From Porphyridium purpureum (lineage: Eukaryota), in NCBI GenBank assembly GCA_008690995.1, contig VRMN01000018.1:62001-126000 (forward strand): a DNA stretch of 64,000 nucleotides, in the 5' to 3' direction. This document shows, one piece after another, positions 53,545 to 63,680 of the stretch. The notes beneath the pieces are model-generated. The model saw only the letters and a program-made list of their open reading frames with translations. It did no database searches and was not told the DNA's origin. Every line of letters starts with the position of its first letter. Within the stretch, counting starts at the first letter, position 1. The position numbers and the translations under genes were made by a program.

Positions 53545-54651
53545 TCAGTCTCTGCTCCGAGCAACGAAGAAGTGTGCAGCAGCCTTCTCAACAGGGGCCA
53601 GAACGTACCTATTCTGGAATGGGAAATACAGGTCACTGATCTGAGCGGGTCTCGCAAACGACTCGTCGTCTGACATGACGACTGTGCAGACCTGGCTTCC
53701 CGTTTCAAGTCCACTGACCATGCGTTGTCCGCCTGGAATGGAGGTGGTCAGCACGTGTCCATCTTCGTCTTGAATTTCAATCGCTACTCTACGATGCAAA
53801 CAAATGGAATCGTGCGTGCTGGTCCGGTTAGCAATAGGTTCATCTTCCTTTCGTTTCACCTGGTTGTTCTTTTTAACAAGCACATGTCTCGCAGCAGAAA
53901 GCGAAAAACTGTGCAGAAGAAGAAACGAAATAAATGGTGGGAGAAACGAGCCGTGACGCATGTCACAAGAGGGCCGCTCAGCTTACCTGTCCGGATACCG
54001 TTTCGACGGCTCGAGGTGCACGGACGTCAACGTGCCGACGAAGAGCGCCATGTACGCATACGCGCGCATGGCTGAGTTTTGCTTGATCGCCCGGCCTACT
54101 GGGCTCCACAGCGGATAAAGAAATACTGCTGCAGCAAGCAGTTTGCCCAGCCGTTGGGCGCCAAAGATGTAAGCCAGTCCGTAGGTGAGAACAGCCTTGA
54201 GTGCCTGAAGAGCTATCTGCACAAGCAACAAAGAGGGCGATTGCCAGAACACCGTGGCGGTACCGTCTGGCTCGTTTGAGGAAGACGCAGCGCAGACGCC
54301 AACCTGTTCGAGCGTCGGCCACACGGGCATCACGACTCCCTGAGCTGCTGGTCCCAGCAGGACATATTTTGCGTTCCACGCGGGTGTCCTGCAGCCCACG
54401 GATACCGTCGACGAAGTTCTGGAAGGCCTGTGCAAGTGGACGCAGCGCTTTCGCCAGTACTGCGTGCGGCCACTTGCGCTGGCTCTGAATGCGGACGATC
54501 TGTCGCGATGAGTCTCAGCGCCACACCACCATTCTTTGCGCTCATTCACGCGACCTCTCGCGTGTGTTACGAACGGCTGCCACCCGCCTCCATTCACCCA
54601 CAACACATGGCCCCTGTGTTGCATCTCCGATCCCACACTTTGTGTCTCCAT
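53545..54651 (-). CDS. Two-exon, probably plastid membrane protein of cyanobacterial origin; complement(join(53545..53788,53987..54651)), 302 aa
   Basis: Splicing joins two ORFs in frame. LYPLWSPV..A...N...R.Y...R.VAIEIQDE.G...V.S.D...ISDLY.P resembles, from memory, a conserved cyanobacterial family often labelled 'phosphate ABC transporter permease'. Confidence 0.75.
53789..53986 (-). other. Spliceosomal intron (198 nt)
   Basis: GTAAGC donor, TGCTAAC branch site (53827-53833) and TAG acceptor; phase-2 join gives AG|A = Arg in frame. Confidence 0.85.
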
Positions 54652-56118
54652 CTTCTGCGTTCTTCTTGCGACTCACGCTCACACACGCTCATCAACTCCC
54701 ATGCGCAGGTCCCAATGACTTCATACTAAAACGGACCCCTTTCTGATACACTTTTGAGTCGAGAAGGAAAAGTGCACGGATGGAAGTCGAGACCGCCATG
54801 GTCCAAGCAAGGGTGGCGGGAAATGCAGACTGCCTCAGTCGAGCAATCGGGTGACAGCGTGTCGCCTGGCCTTTGAAGAACGTGGAAAACCCTCAGTTCC
54901 GCAGGCTCAACACAGCGGGACACTTGCGAGAGTGTCGTGTACGCACGTGGGTGCCTTTTGCACCGGGCGTTCCTGGCACACAATGTGCGAGGTTTATCCC
55001 CTCGACTAGAGGTCTCTTCTTCCTCTGCTTGCTTGGAACTACGAGAAATCTGGAGTGGCCCAACGTGTGTCACGAGAAGATAGAAGGGAAGAAAACAGAC
55101 TCCCGTGTAGAAGGCGTGCGGCGTCTCGAAGCACCAGTCGACACATCGTCTTCGTAGCGGCGCAGCCCAGCAGACCAGGACTCGTTGCAGAAAGCCGAAA
55201 GCCGGCCACGTTAGACGAAATACAGACGTCCGTCTTTTTTTTCTGACAGCGCCAGCGAAACGTTCTCGATGTGAAATGAGACGAGCGCGGGTAATACGCG
55301 CAGTGCGCCAATGCCCACGGGGCTACGTACGGACAGCGCCGGTGCCTTGTGCCCTCGTCCCCACGCATGCGCTGTCGTTCATGACGCGCGCGCATGTCGC
55401 AGCGGTGTGTCAACCATCAGTGTACCTACAGACTGAACACTCAAGTACAGTCACGGCGGTGCAGCGCGACACCGAATGAGGTACAGTGTGTGTACTGTGT
55501 GATTTTATGCTTGAGCCGCCGCGGTTGCGTGGCGAGAATAAAAAGTCGCCGAACGTGACTTGGAAAGGAGGGAGAGGCCACTGTCGGAAGAGAAACAGGA
55601 CGCACGCACGACGACGGACGTGCGCGTGTGTATGAGTGAGTGTGAGTGTGAGTGCATTGGAACGCGTGTGGTGGAAGCACACAACAGCAGCACAGACGAA
55701 TCTTGCACGCGTGGCCCCGCCGCTTGCAGCACGTGCGGGGAATCTAAGGGTGTTTCGGCCAGACGGACACACGGACACCCGGACTAATAGATACAAGGAC
55801 ACCCGGAATCGGCGCGCGCTTGCTACCTTGTCGCTCTCGCTCTGTCATCGCACGATCGCGCCTCCACTTTGTGTGCGCTGGGCGCGGCGGTGGTTGTCGG
55901 CGCGCAGGTTGCGTGTGAATAAAGCGCGCACGCGTTGGGACGGGAAGGGAGAAGGGCGAAGCACAGGATCGGATTAATTGGCGGCTGCGTGGTGGGCTGG
56001 GGTGAGTTGCGCGCGCGACTGTGCACGCGGTGGTTTGACGGTCGAGGGGCGTTGCGCCGAGCCGCTTACGGGTGGGACGCGTGGAAGAACGAGGAGGAGA
56101 AGGGAAAGGGGGTGCGAG

Positions 56119-56126
56119 TATAAAAG
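56119..56126 (+). promoter_or_regulatory. Candidate TATA box upstream of ODC
   Basis: TATAAAAG about 80 nt before the ATG in otherwise G-rich DNA. Confidence 0.45.
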
Positions 56127-56204
56127 CGAAGGGGGTGTGTCGATTGTGGTGGACGGGGCGGCGGGTGTGGAGCGCAAAGACGCGGGCAGGCCAACGGCAG
56201 GATA

Positions 56205-58001
56205 ATGACGAGTGAAGATGGGTCTCTATCTGTCTTGTCGTCGTCGTTGCCGCGCGACTCTGACGCGGTGCGCTTTATGCAGTCGGCGACGAGCCCAAGC
56301 GACGCCGCAGCTGTGCCATCGGTAGCTTTTGCGGTTCCGGTCGCAGTTCCTGGGCGAGCCGCTGAGGACCGCGGGGAGGGAAAGGAAGAGGAAGAGGCGA
56401 ATGTGTTGGACGACCGCACAGTGTCGGTCGTGCATATTGAAAGTGTCATTGCCGAGCCCCAGGGGGGTTCCACGCCGCCGCAGTATGAGTTTGTCATGTC
56501 CATTGTGGAGAGAGACGTCGACAAAATGGCACCCTTCTCGCCCATGCTGACGCCAGGCACGCCGGGCGCGAACGCGCGTCTCATCGACGCGCAGGCAACG
56601 CTCATGACAGAGGAGCTCATGCACGACTCGTTTCTGCTGGACTTGCCCGAGAAAAGTATCGAGTCACGCCTCGTGAAGGTACGGCAGGAGCTCGGGGCCG
56701 ACTTTGAAATCAAAGAGTGCGACAAGGCGCAGGCCATCGAAGACTTGCTTGAGAACGAGTTTTCGTCGACGAAGCAGGAGGCGAGCGCGTTTTACCTGAT
56801 GGACTTGGGCACAGTTGTGCGCAAGTACGAGCAGTGGGTGCATCTTTTGCCGAACGTTAAGCCCTTTTACGCAGTCAAGGCGAATCCTTTGCCCGCAATG
56901 GTCCGCACGTGCAAGGCCGTGGGGACAGGCTTTGACTGCGCGTCGCAGAACGAGCTGGAGCAGGTTCTCGAGCTCGGCGTCGATCCGGAAAACATCATTT
57001 TTGCAAATCCTTGCAAGATGAAGGCGCACATTCTGTACGCCAAGAAGCACAACGTGCGAAAGATGACCTTTGACAACGAGGCCGAGTTGCAGAAGATCCA
57101 CGAAAATTACCCGGAGGCCGAACTAATCCTACGCCTGCTGCCCCCGGATGCTTCATCGGCTGTGTGCAACTTTGGAAGCAAATTTGGCGCCGACAAGAAG
57201 ATGACCAAGCGTCTGTTGAAGCAGGCAAGGAAGCTAGGCGCGAATGTTTGTGGCGTAAGTTTCCATGTCGGGTCCGGATGCTGGGACCCCAACGCGTACA
57301 CGCTCGCCATGGAGCTTGCGTACAGTGTCTGTATGCAAGCGGAGAACGAGTACGGGTTCAAAATGAAAATTGTTGACATTGGTGGCGGCTACCCGGCGGC
57401 TGACAACCTGACAGACTCGATTTCCTTCCCGACCATTGCAGAGGTGCTGAACAAGTCGATTCAGAAATTGTTTCCGCCGGAGTCCGGGATTCAGATCATC
57501 GGTGAGCCTGGCCGCTATCTCTGCGGCGAGGCCGTTGTGCTCGCCGTGAGTGTGATTGCGAAACGAACAAGAGTGCCGGCGGAATCGACAGTGTACTCGG
57601 AGAATCCGGACGACGCTGACGATGACAGTGACGAGAATGATGACAAGGAGAAGCAAGACGATGACGAAGAGGAAGAGCAGATCCTCTACTACCTCTCGGA
57701 TGGTGTGTATGGGAGCTTCAACAATGTCATGTTTGACCATCAGAACCCGGTGCCGCACGTGACAGGCGCTGCTGCCGTGGCCGCGGCCGCTAGTGCGCTG
57801 AGCTCGGGTGCGAAGAAGAGCACGCTGTTTGGTCCAACGTGCGACTCGATTGATGTGATCTGCCGCGACGTGACGCTCCCTGAGCTTGAAGTGGGTTCGT
57901 GGCTCTACTTCTTGAACATGGGTGCGTACACTATTGCGGCTGCGAGCAGCTTTAACGGCTTCACGCCGCCAAACTGCAAGTACATTATTACCCCAGGTTA
58001 A
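56205..58001 (+). CDS. ODC: Ornithine decarboxylase with an N-terminal extension
   Basis: PFYAVKAN, GFDCAS, FANPCK, KFGA, VSFHVGSG, DIGGG, EPGRY, DGVYGSF, GPTCDSID, NMGAY and FNGF motifs. Confidence 0.96.
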   Translation: MTSEDGSLSVLSSSLPRDSDAVRFMQSATSPSDAAAVPSVAFAVPVAVPGRAAEDRGEGKEEEEANVLDDRTVSVVHIESVIAEPQGGSTPPQYEFVMSIVERDVDKMAPFSPMLTPGTPGANARLIDAQATLMTEELMHDSFLLDLPEKSIESRLVKVRQELGADFEIKECDKAQAIEDLLENEFSSTKQEASAFYLMDLGTVVRKYEQWVHLLPNVKPFYAVKANPLPAMVRTCKAVGTGFDCASQNELEQVLELGVDPENIIFANPCKMKAHILYAKKHNVRKMTFDNEAELQKIHENYPEAELILRLLPPDASSAVCNFGSKFGADKKMTKRLLKQARKLGANVCGVSFHVGSGCWDPNAYTLAMELAYSVCMQAENEYGFKMKIVDIGGGYPAADNLTDSISFPTIAEVLNKSIQKLFPPESGIQIIGEPGRYLCGEAVVLAVSVIAKRTRVPAESTVYSENPDDADDDSDENDDKEKQDDDEEEEQILYYLSDGVYGSFNNVMFDHQNPVPHVTGAAAVAAAASALSSGAKKSTLFGPTCDSIDVICRDVTLPELEVGSWLYFLNMGAYTIAAASSFNGFTPPNCKYIITPG

Positions 58002-58179
58002 AATTGATCTCTCTGGTCGTTTGAAGCCAGTTGGAGGCGTGTAGCGTAGACCATGGACTTCATTGTGAGCGTCAGGACGTTCAAGGACACACCTTTCGCC
58101 TTTAGGGCGTAGACCAAGTCATTCGTAATATAATAAACCCAGCATGTGGATAACCTTACGGTGCGCTTGACCAACTTGC

Positions 58180-59625
58180 TCACGGAGGGATGAATTTCTG
58201 TGTGAAGAGGACGCCAAGGAAGCACACTGCCGCGAACAGAAAATTCACGCTCCCAACGCCCAGCCGCTGAACAAGCGGAAGAAATGCAAGTCCGAGTGCA
58301 AAATTGAACAGCCAGTGGGACGCAAAGCCTAATGACGTGCCTTGAGAGCGCCACGAGCGCGGAAACAGCTCAGGCAACACGATCTGAGGCACGGGCCCAC
58401 ACCCGAAGGCAAAGCTCACCACATAAGCGAGCGTGCCAAGCACAGACAGTGGGCCCCGTACATCCATCAACGCGCTGCTTGTATTCGCGGCGCCGAGCAG
58501 GACCAGCGAAACAAACATACCGGCAAAGCTTATGCTCAGCATGGTCCGCTTACCGAACGCACCGATCAAATTGCCTGCCAGTAAGGTACCACCAATGTTG
58601 CTTGCATTCACCACGACGGAAGCCAGCGCAGTGCTCTGGATCCCAGCCTCGCGAAAGATCGAAGACGAAAAGAACACGACTGCATTGATCCCACTCCACT
58701 GCTGCAAGGCAAAAAGAGCAATGCCTACCGTAGCTGGCTGCCAATTCCCTTTCAAGCCCTGCATCCACGAAACACTTTCCTTCCCTGAGACCCCGGTTTC
58801 GGTGCCGGGGGATTCTCGTGCCATATCGTATGCATGTGTCGGGGCGCCGCTGTCAAAGAGGAAGATTCCGAGCGCCTGCAGCACCACAGGAATTGCGCTG
58901 AGCCCAAACATGGTTCGCCACCAGCTTGGATGCGCTGCGATTGGGATCGCCGCCACTAGCGCGGCTACAATGCCGATGTTGATGAAGACTTGGATGTAGC
59001 TCCCAATTCTGGCCTTGAGCTCGGCGGGCGCGTTCTCAGCCACGTACAAGGGTGTCAGCACTGAAGTGACGCCAATCCCGACTCCAGACAGCAGGCGACC
59101 TGCCAAGAGTTGAGACGGAGTCACGGCGGCCGCGCACAGGCATGCGGCAGCAAACAGCTTGAAAGAATTGAAAATGATCGCTTTGCGCAGCCCGTACCGC
59201 TCCACCAACGCGCCGGCACCCAGCGAACCAAGCAAGGCGCCCAGGAGTGCGCTGCTCACCACATATCCTTTCATCAACGCGTCACTCTGGAAGCCAAACT
59301 CGATGCTCATCGCATCGAGCGCACCATTCACCACGGCCAAGTGGTACCCGAACACAAAGGAACCCAGCAAGCTCGCTCCAATGGCGAACAACGATGAGCC
59401 AACGCTGCCGGCCCCGGCACCCGCCGAACCGCTGCTGAATTCCATGTCTCCTGCCAACTTGCCTTGGTCCTCGCGTGGCGCTGGCGTTGACATGCTCACC
59501 ACGCGTTCGCGGCGCAGGGCATGGGGAGCGGTTCGAGCGCAACAACGCACTTGCTGGGCATTCCTGTGCCCGAGAGACACGGTAAGGGCCGACGGGAAAG
59601 CGAACGCAGCGGCCGGATGTCTCAT
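58180..59625 (-). CDS. MFS sugar porter, plastidic glucose transporter (pGlcT)-like
   Basis: FGYHLAVVNG, GRLLSG.GIG...PLYVAE, WWRTMF, QQWSGINAVVFFS and GPVP..LPELFP; transit-peptide-like N-terminus. Confidence 0.9.
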   Translation of the reverse strand: MRHPAAAFAFPSALTVSLGHRNAQQVRCCARTAPHALRRERVVSMSTPAPREDQGKLAGDMEFSSGSAGAGAGSVGSSLFAIGASLLGSFVFGYHLAVVNGALDAMSIEFGFQSDALMKGYVVSSALLGALLGSLGAGALVERYGLRKAIIFNSFKLFAAACLCAAAVTPSQLLAGRLLSGVGIGVTSVLTPLYVAENAPAELKARIGSYIQVFINIGIVAALVAAIPIAAHPSWWRTMFGLSAIPVVLQALGIFLFDSGAPTHAYDMARESPGTETGVSGKESVSWMQGLKGNWQPATVGIALFALQQWSGINAVVFFSSSIFREAGIQSTALASVVVNASNIGGTLLAGNLIGAFGKRTMLSISFAGMFVSLVLLGAANTSSALMDVRGPLSVLGTLAYVVSFAFGCGPVPQIVLPELFPRSWRSQGTSLGFASHWLFNFALGLAFLPLVQRLGVGSVNFLFAAVCFLGVLFTQKFIPP

Positions 59626-59707
59626 TTGTGTCTCAATCCGAGTTCTGAGACCACCCGATCCTCACATCCTGCTGCGAGGTGAGCTGGAGAAAACAGGCAT
59701 TTCTTAT

Positions 59708-60598
59708 TTACTGTTTACCCATGCTAACCACTACCATCGCTGGCCTCACGACGAGATCACCGAGTTTGTAGCCGCGCTTCATTTGCGCAGATACGATGCC
59801 TTCCTCGTACTCGTCGCTGGGCTGCTGTGTGATAGCTTCCATCACGTTTGGATCGAACTCGACGCCCACGGCCTCGACCGGTTCAACCTTGAGCTTGACG
59901 AGTACATCTAGTAACTGCTTGTTAAGAGCCTTGTAGCTCTTCATGATCGACTCTTCGCCTTCCGTTTTCGGTGCCAACGCCGTTTCGGCAAGCTCAAAAT
60001 TATCCAGCACAGTGAGCAGACTCTTGAGCACCGTGACGGTGGCGCGGTTTCCTGAGTCTGTCAGATCGGCAGCAGTCCGGCGCCGAAAGTTCTCAAAGTC
60101 GGCAGCCAGTCGCAGATACGACTCCTTCTCATTCTTGAGCGCGGCTTCCATCTTTTCCGTCGCCGCCCGCTCTTCGGCCAATTCCTTCTGCAGCACCTCG
60201 AGCTTTTTGCGCAGGAACTCGGGAGAATTGAGCAGGGCATCCACGCCGTCGGCCACGTCCTCCTCCCCCACACTTGACGCATCCTCCTCTTGTCCGCCCT
60301 CGTCGACCTTGTCCTCTTCTCCGACCTCCTCAGCCGCCTCCCTGGCTGCCTCCTGGTCCTCCTTTGCCATTCTCAGCGCAAAGCCCGCTGGCCCACGCGC
60401 GCGTTCCGCGTGCGCCGCCACGCATGCCATCCGCCCGCAGTACGCACACAGCCTCACCGCGCGCGAAACCCCCAGCGCTCTCTGCGCTACACCACATCGA
60501 CCAGGCCTCGCGGCCGCAGCACACGCAGACACACCGCCATGTCCTCCAGACACCAGCTGCCCCACCGTGCTACTCACTGAAAACCCAAGCCCTTCCAT
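59708..60598 (-). CDS. GRPE: Plastid GrpE nucleotide-exchange factor
   Basis: LRLAADFENFRRR, LL.VLDNFE, FDPN..EAI and GYKL....VRPAMVVVS motifs; transit peptide. Confidence 0.95.
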   Translation of the reverse strand: MEGLGFSVSSTVGQLVSGGHGGVSACAAAARPGRCGVAQRALGVSRAVRLCAYCGRMACVAAHAERARGPAGFALRMAKEDQEAAREAAEEVGEEDKVDEGGQEEDASSVGEEDVADGVDALLNSPEFLRKKLEVLQKELAEERAATEKMEAALKNEKESYLRLAADFENFRRRTAADLTDSGNRATVTVLKSLLTVLDNFELAETALAPKTEGEESIMKSYKALNKQLLDVLVKLKVEPVEAVGVEFDPNVMEAITQQPSDEYEEGIVSAQMKRGYKLGDLVVRPAMVVVSMGKQ

Positions 60599-61385
60599 TG
60601 CTCTTGCTTCACGCCACCCGCAGACCACCCACTACGCGCCTGTCTACCTAACCTAATCTAGCCTAGCCTCGACTCCCGTCACGCTCTCTCACAAGCACAC
60701 GCACACAAGCACACACCGCCCCCGATCCCGTCGTCGTCCACATCCACGCGCTCATCCTGTCCCCGTCTTTGCCCTTGTTGTCCCTTCCCTACACGCCCCA
60801 GCCGCCTTTCGCTCAATTTCTGGAAAACTCGTCCTTGGTCTGAACCCTCAATCTGACTGGGTCGGAACACCGCGTAACCCTCGATATAACCCACGCGCTC
60901 GATACTGTACCTGCAACATCCTGTCCGTCCGCCCGTCGCAACGTCAGTCTCTGCCGCGACGTTTTCGGTCGTGCCGGTGATGCTGAAGGGTCGGAAGGTC
61001 AGCAAGCTGAATGCGTTGCGACTGAGCGCTCGGCAGCGCCAAGGAAGGCTGCCGATTGGCTCGTTCAAATGCTGCACTCGCATGATAGGCTGTGATGGCT
61101 CGCTGATCCATCGTCTCTGGCGTGCGAACTCTGGAATCCGGCATGACGCGCTGAGTAAATGGGAGAAGAGCCTCGTCATACAAATCAATTGGTCGTGCTC
61201 TCCGTAATTTAGTGATGCAGTGAGTGTCTCCGTCTTGGCGGACCGTCTCAAAGAGATTGGTTGCAACTTTCCCCGTCTCATCGTCCGCTCAAGTCAATAT
61301 TCTTTGCGGGACGGAGAACAGAACAACGTTCATTGTCGTCGGCGCGACACAGGAGAGCGCGGCGCACGAAAGCACGGCGTCCCCA

Positions 61386-61715
61386 TTAGTTTTCTTTCCA
61401 CTGGTTTGCGCATGCCGAGTTTGCACAGCGGTAAAATGTCGTCGCGGGCTCGTCTGCGGAGCGTGTTTGCATCTGGAAAAAATACGCCATGCCGTGCGAG
61501 CACTTTGGGCAGTTGGTCTGCGTTGAGTCCGCAAGCTCCCACCGGCTTTCACCGCCCATCACGTCATCCACTTCTTTGTGCTTGAGGCCAGAGACCTCCT
61601 TGAGGATGCTGCCGTTCACAGCGTGCACGTACGGACACGTGCGACAAAAGAATTGCACGCCGGTGTCGCAGGTCTCGACAAACAGTAGCGTTCCACACAA
61701 CGGACAAAAGTGCAT
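61386..61715 (-). CDS. RPC11: RNA polymerase III subunit C11
   Basis: Two Zn ribbons (FCPLCG, CRTCPY, CPKC) and QTRSADEP.T.FYRC. Confidence 0.95.
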   Translation of the reverse strand: MHFCPLCGTLLFVETCDTGVQFFCRTCPYVHAVNGSILKEVSGLKHKEVDDVMGGESRWELADSTQTNCPKCSHGMAYFFQMQTRSADEPATTFYRCANSACANQWKEN

Positions 61716-61915
61716 GGCTGCGCCAAGATCAAGGAGCCACTTTCACCCGTAGACCGAGCGGCCGTGAGCGCCGATCTACTCGCGGACGCCGTTCGCGCAG
61801 CTTTTCCCTCTCTCTTGTTGATCCGTCGTCCGCGAGGAGAAGTCCGAGAGCCGGGTTGTGGAACGGCGCAGGAGCCGCAACGACCACCGATCGCGTTGCT
61901 GAGCCAACGGCATCG

Positions 61916-62434
61916 ATGGCATTTGTGACTGGGTGCGTGACGGCACGAGCGCGGGCTGGGCGCGGACAGCGGATCCTGTCACGGTGCAGCGCTATGAAAA
62001 TTGTTCATGCTGTAGCCGGCGTTCTCGTGCGAAGTGCGGATCACAAGTTGCTCTTGGCGCAGCGGCCAGCTGATGCGAAAAGCATGCCGCTTCTTTGGGA
62101 GTTTCCTGGAGGAAAGATGGAGGATGGAGAGACGCCTGAGCAGGCACTAGCGAGGGAACTGGACGAAGAGCTGGGGATCACCGTGGACCCTCTCAAGCTC
62201 GCCGTGGTCGGGTACGCGTCGCATTCGTACAATCGAACGGACAAGCCGTTCCACCTGTGCATGCCGTTGTACGCAGTTCACGAGTGGCAGGGTATTCCGA
62301 GTTCTAAGATAGGGCAGAACCTTGAGTGGGTATCTGAGGATGCATTGGAGCAATATGACATGCCGGCAGCCGACATTCCGCTCATTGCATTCATCCGCAG
62401 GTACTTGAACGCTGAGTACCACCCGCGCGAGTGA
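61916..62434 (+). CDS. mutT: MutT-type Nudix 8-oxo-dGTPase with a transit peptide
   Basis: WEFPGGKMEDGETPEQALARELDEELG Nudix box and MPAAD; MAFV N-terminus. Confidence 0.9.
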   Translation: MAFVTGCVTARARAGRGQRILSRCSAMKIVHAVAGVLVRSADHKLLLAQRPADAKSMPLLWEFPGGKMEDGETPEQALARELDEELGITVDPLKLAVVGYASHSYNRTDKPFHLCMPLYAVHEWQGIPSSKIGQNLEWVSEDALEQYDMPAADIPLIAFIRRYLNAEYHPRE

Positions 62435-62540
62435 AAAACAAGTCTGCACTCGCATCTAAACATACATATACACATGCTGGTAGATCTGGCCTAGTGCCTA
62501 GGAAGAGATGGTAAACTTACACATGCTTGCAACATCCACA

Positions 62541-63461
62541 CTATTCTTGAGCTTGTAGCTCCTGCGCACGCTGCCACGCAACAGCATCGCTGTACTTGAC
62601 CTGACCACCAAAGATGTCGAGCGCACTGCCTATGGTTAAATCTACACGTCCCCGCGCAAGCACGCGGACCGCGTCGAGGTCTTCGAGACTCCGCGCCCCG
62701 CCGGCGTAGGTAATATCGATGGGGCACGCTTCAGCAAGCAGCTCAACCAAGCCAAGGTCCATGCCGGCGCGAAGTCCCTCGACGTGCGCGGCGTGCACCA
62801 AAAACTCGTCGCACGACTCTGCCAGATCGTCAAACGTGTCTCGGCAAAGCTTCATGGACGTCCACTTCTGCCAGCGGTCTGTGCACACATAGTAGTCGCC
62901 GTCCCGCTGCTTGCAGCTCAAATCCAACACTAGGCGCTCGCGACCGACGGCAGCCACCATTTGCTTGAGCCGCGAGCGGTCCAGCTGACCGTCTCGAAAC
63001 ACGTACGATGTCACAATGACATGGCTTGCCCCGGCGTCCAGGTACCTAGCTGCGTTTTCCGGACTGATACCACCGCCCACGTGCATTCCGTTCGGAAACG
63101 CGCGCAGCGCGTCTATCGCCGCGTCCTCGTTGCCTGGGCCCAACATAATCACGTGACCACCCGGCAGCGCATCGTCACAATACATCTGCGCATAATGTGA
63201 CGGCGGCAACTCTGTCTCAAAATTTGTTGTGGGGCGCGCACCTCGTTCATCTGTCAGCGTGCCGCCCACAATCTGCTTCACCTTGCCTCCATGCAGATCA
63301 ATACACGGGCGAAACCGCATCACGCGCGGTGCACTTGCACGCCGAGACCCAGACTCAGACACTTGCGCGCGGTTTACGGCACTGCAGCACGCTTCCCCGC
63401 GGCGCCGCACCACGCCATGACCATCCAGAAGCAGCCTGGTCCCCACGTGCACGTACGCCAT
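62541..63461 (-). CDS. HIS6: Eukaryotic-type ProFAR isomerase (histidine biosynthesis), plastid-targeted
   Basis: FRPCIDLHGGKVKQIVGGTL, GGHVIMLG, GASHVIVTSY, LVLDLSC and DLTIGSALDIFGG motifs. Confidence 0.95.
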   Translation of the reverse strand: MAYVHVGTRLLLDGHGVVRRRGEACCSAVNRAQVSESGSRRASAPRVMRFRPCIDLHGGKVKQIVGGTLTDERGARPTTNFETELPPSHYAQMYCDDALPGGHVIMLGPGNEDAAIDALRAFPNGMHVGGGISPENAARYLDAGASHVIVTSYVFRDGQLDRSRLKQMVAAVGRERLVLDLSCKQRDGDYYVCTDRWQKWTSMKLCRDTFDDLAESCDEFLVHAAHVEGLRAGMDLGLVELLAEACPIDITYAGGARSLEDLDAVRVLARGRVDLTIGSALDIFGGQVKYSDAVAWQRAQELQAQE

Positions 63462-63620
63462 CCTTCCGCGCTACCGCCGCCGCTTCGCCCTCCTCACTTC
63501 CTGCCTCCCGGCCTGTCACGTGTGTGCCCCACTTCCAAATTAACCCGCGATGGAACTTCATACTCAAACACACCCGCTTTATAATACATTTCCAAACCGA
63601 TTCGTCCTTGCTTTTTCCGG

Positions 63621-63680
63621 TTTGGTTTGGTTTGGTTTGGTTTGGTTTGGTTTGGTTTGGTTTGGTTTGGTTTGGTTTGG
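63621..63680. repeat. Perfect (TTTGG)12 pentanucleotide microsatellite
   Basis: Directly visible. Confidence 0.97.

Noticed and set aside
54730..54876. Non-AUG reading frame containing PPW upstream of ODC, resembling polyamine-sensing uORFs of ODC/AZIN homologs
   Set aside because: It lies about 1.4 kb from the ODC ATG and beyond a proximal TATA candidate, PPW is not near the stop, and it is adjacent to the opposite gene's start. Probably chance unless 5' RACE shows a long leader.
22326..58001. Functional cluster of two fold-III decarboxylases, or of FBPase/aldolase/PRS/HIS6
   Set aside because: Separated by many unrelated genes on mixed strands; no evidence of clustering or co-regulation.
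60679..61281. 200-aa minus-strand ORF, or an RNase P-like GGAAGGTC motif
   Set aside because: The ORF runs into low-complexity promoter sequence, and no complementary P4 partner was found for the RNA motif.
63621..63680. (TTTGG)n as a telomere or CRISPR-like array
   Set aside because: Short, spacerless and internal between genes; a simple microsatellite.
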